The notes beneath the pieces were generated by a model. That model ran no database searches, was not told where the DNA came from, and saw nothing but the letters and a program-made list of their open reading frames with translations. From assembly GCA_964409385.1 (NCBI GenBank), contig CAYPCY010000005.1:1-37754 (forward strand): 37,754 nt of DNA. The letters run 5' to 3'. This stretch comes from an uncultured Methanosarcinales archaeon. GTDB lineage: Archaea; Nanobdellota; Nanobdellia; Woesearchaeales; CAYPCY01. Positions 36,799-37,754 of the stretch are shown here, piece by piece. Position 1 is the stretch's first letter. Each line of letters begins with the position of its first letter. The position numbers were made by a program, and so were the translations under genes.

Positions 36799-37110
36799 TT
36801 CTTTCTTACTAAATTCAAAAGTTTTTTCATTTCCATTATCAGAAAGTTTAATTTTTAAATTATCAAAACCATTAAGAATAGAATCAATAGTAATATATTC
36901 TCTTGAATTACTACTATCCATTAATTCTTTATGTTTAAATCCTTCATTATTCCAAACTAAATAAACAATATCAAAACCAGAGTTTATATTTTCAATTCCT
37001 TTCTTAACTAACCAAATGTTTTCACTAACAAATTTAGGATTATAAACCATTTCTTCAATACCATGAGGTTCTAATCCTCTAACATAATTAATTATTTTCC
37101 ACTGTTTCAT
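36787..37110 (-). CDS. Hypothetical protein
   Basis: 107-aa ORF overlapping the mre11 3' end, with an AGGTG-like SD. Confidence 0.5.
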   Translation of the reverse strand: MKQWKIINYVRGLEPHGIEEMVYNPKFVSENIWLVKKGIENINSGFDIVYLVWNNEGFKHKELMDSSNSREYITIDSILNGFDNLKIKLSDNGNEKTFEFSKKELGF

Positions 37111-37753
37111 CTTTCAAAACTCTCATAACTTCACTTTTAATCCTATCTTCATACTCATAAACCTTCTCTCCTTCATTCTTCTCCCTAGACAAACATTTTA
37201 GTAACTCCAAAGCTAACTCTCTACCTTTAAAAACTTCCTTCTCAATATCATCAATATTTGTTTCTTCACTAGTAACATCATCAAAACTTTCACTACTTAA
37301 TTTGCTAGTATTCCTCATAACAAAATAGGCACCAGAAGAATAAAACTTATCAAATATTTTCTTAAAAGGAATATCAATAATTCTTCCATTAATAACACCT
37401 CTAAATCTTAAAGTTACTAAGGCATTATTAAAATCTTCATTCCAATCTTCAATCTTTAAATAAATATCTTCAGGAGTTAAACCGTTACAATCAAGAACTA
37501 ATCCTTTATGAGGATATAATTCAATATCTTTACGTAATAATTCTCCATCATCATAAATGAAAAAACCGCCCTTTCCAAACTTTTCAACTTCTGAAAAAGA
37601 ATTAGGAAATAAAGGTCCAGGATAAACAAATTTGTCTAAAACTTTAACAGTATGAATATGTCCTCCAGCATAATAATCAAAACCTGCAGGAAAATCATTT
37701 ACAGAAATAGAATTTATCATTTCCAAACTTTTAGGTAATAATTCTTTAACAGC
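37088..37753 (-). CDS. mre11: Mre11/SbcD-family nuclease, C-terminal part (5'-truncated by window)
   Basis: Frame open to the window end; FDYYAGGHIH, VYPGPLFPNSFSE, capping-domain-like VTLRFRG. Confidence 0.82.
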   Translation of the reverse strand, partial: AVKELLPKSLEMINSISVNDFPAGFDYYAGGHIHTVKVLDKFVYPGPLFPNSFSEVEKFGKGGFFIYDDGELLRKDIELYPHKGLVLDCNGLTPEDIYLKIEDWNEDFNNALVTLRFRGVINGRIIDIPFKKIFDKFYSSGAYFVMRNTSKLSSESFDDVTSEETNIDDIEKEVFKGRELALELLKCLSREKNEGEKVYEYEDRIKSEVMRVLKDETVENN

Positions 37754-37754
37754 A

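Overview
This AT-rich, gene-dense window is archaeal chromosomal DNA. It encodes aRF1, aIF5A, Rpl40e, Nop5/fibrillarin, NucS, Trm11, archaeal GatBCA and a BHB-intron tRNA; the gene style suggests DPANN/Woesearchaeota-like, which is an inference. The left end holds two translationally coupled Gly/Cys-rich YD(RHS)-repeat surface proteins plus Yip1. Next come RNase J, a tRNA-Leu(CAA) split by two BHB introns and flanked by two RelE-type toxin-antitoxin pairs, a second beta-CASP nuclease, an S-layer-like protein and an MNT-HEPN pair. The middle has PfkB/aldolase, a degenerate PEP-synthase-like protein and translation/RNA-modification genes, including gatB-gatC-gatA with a bacterial-type aspS. The right end has small accessory genes, parA and a truncated mre11. 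The most notable observations are a family of short covarying hairpin elements at four loci (one as an in-frame array inside a gene), an RHS shell apparently split over two genes with no RHS core or toxin, a Janus/PHPT1-like phosphohistidine phosphatase, and a frame interrupted by a single amber codon. All calls come from manual reading; no database searches were run.
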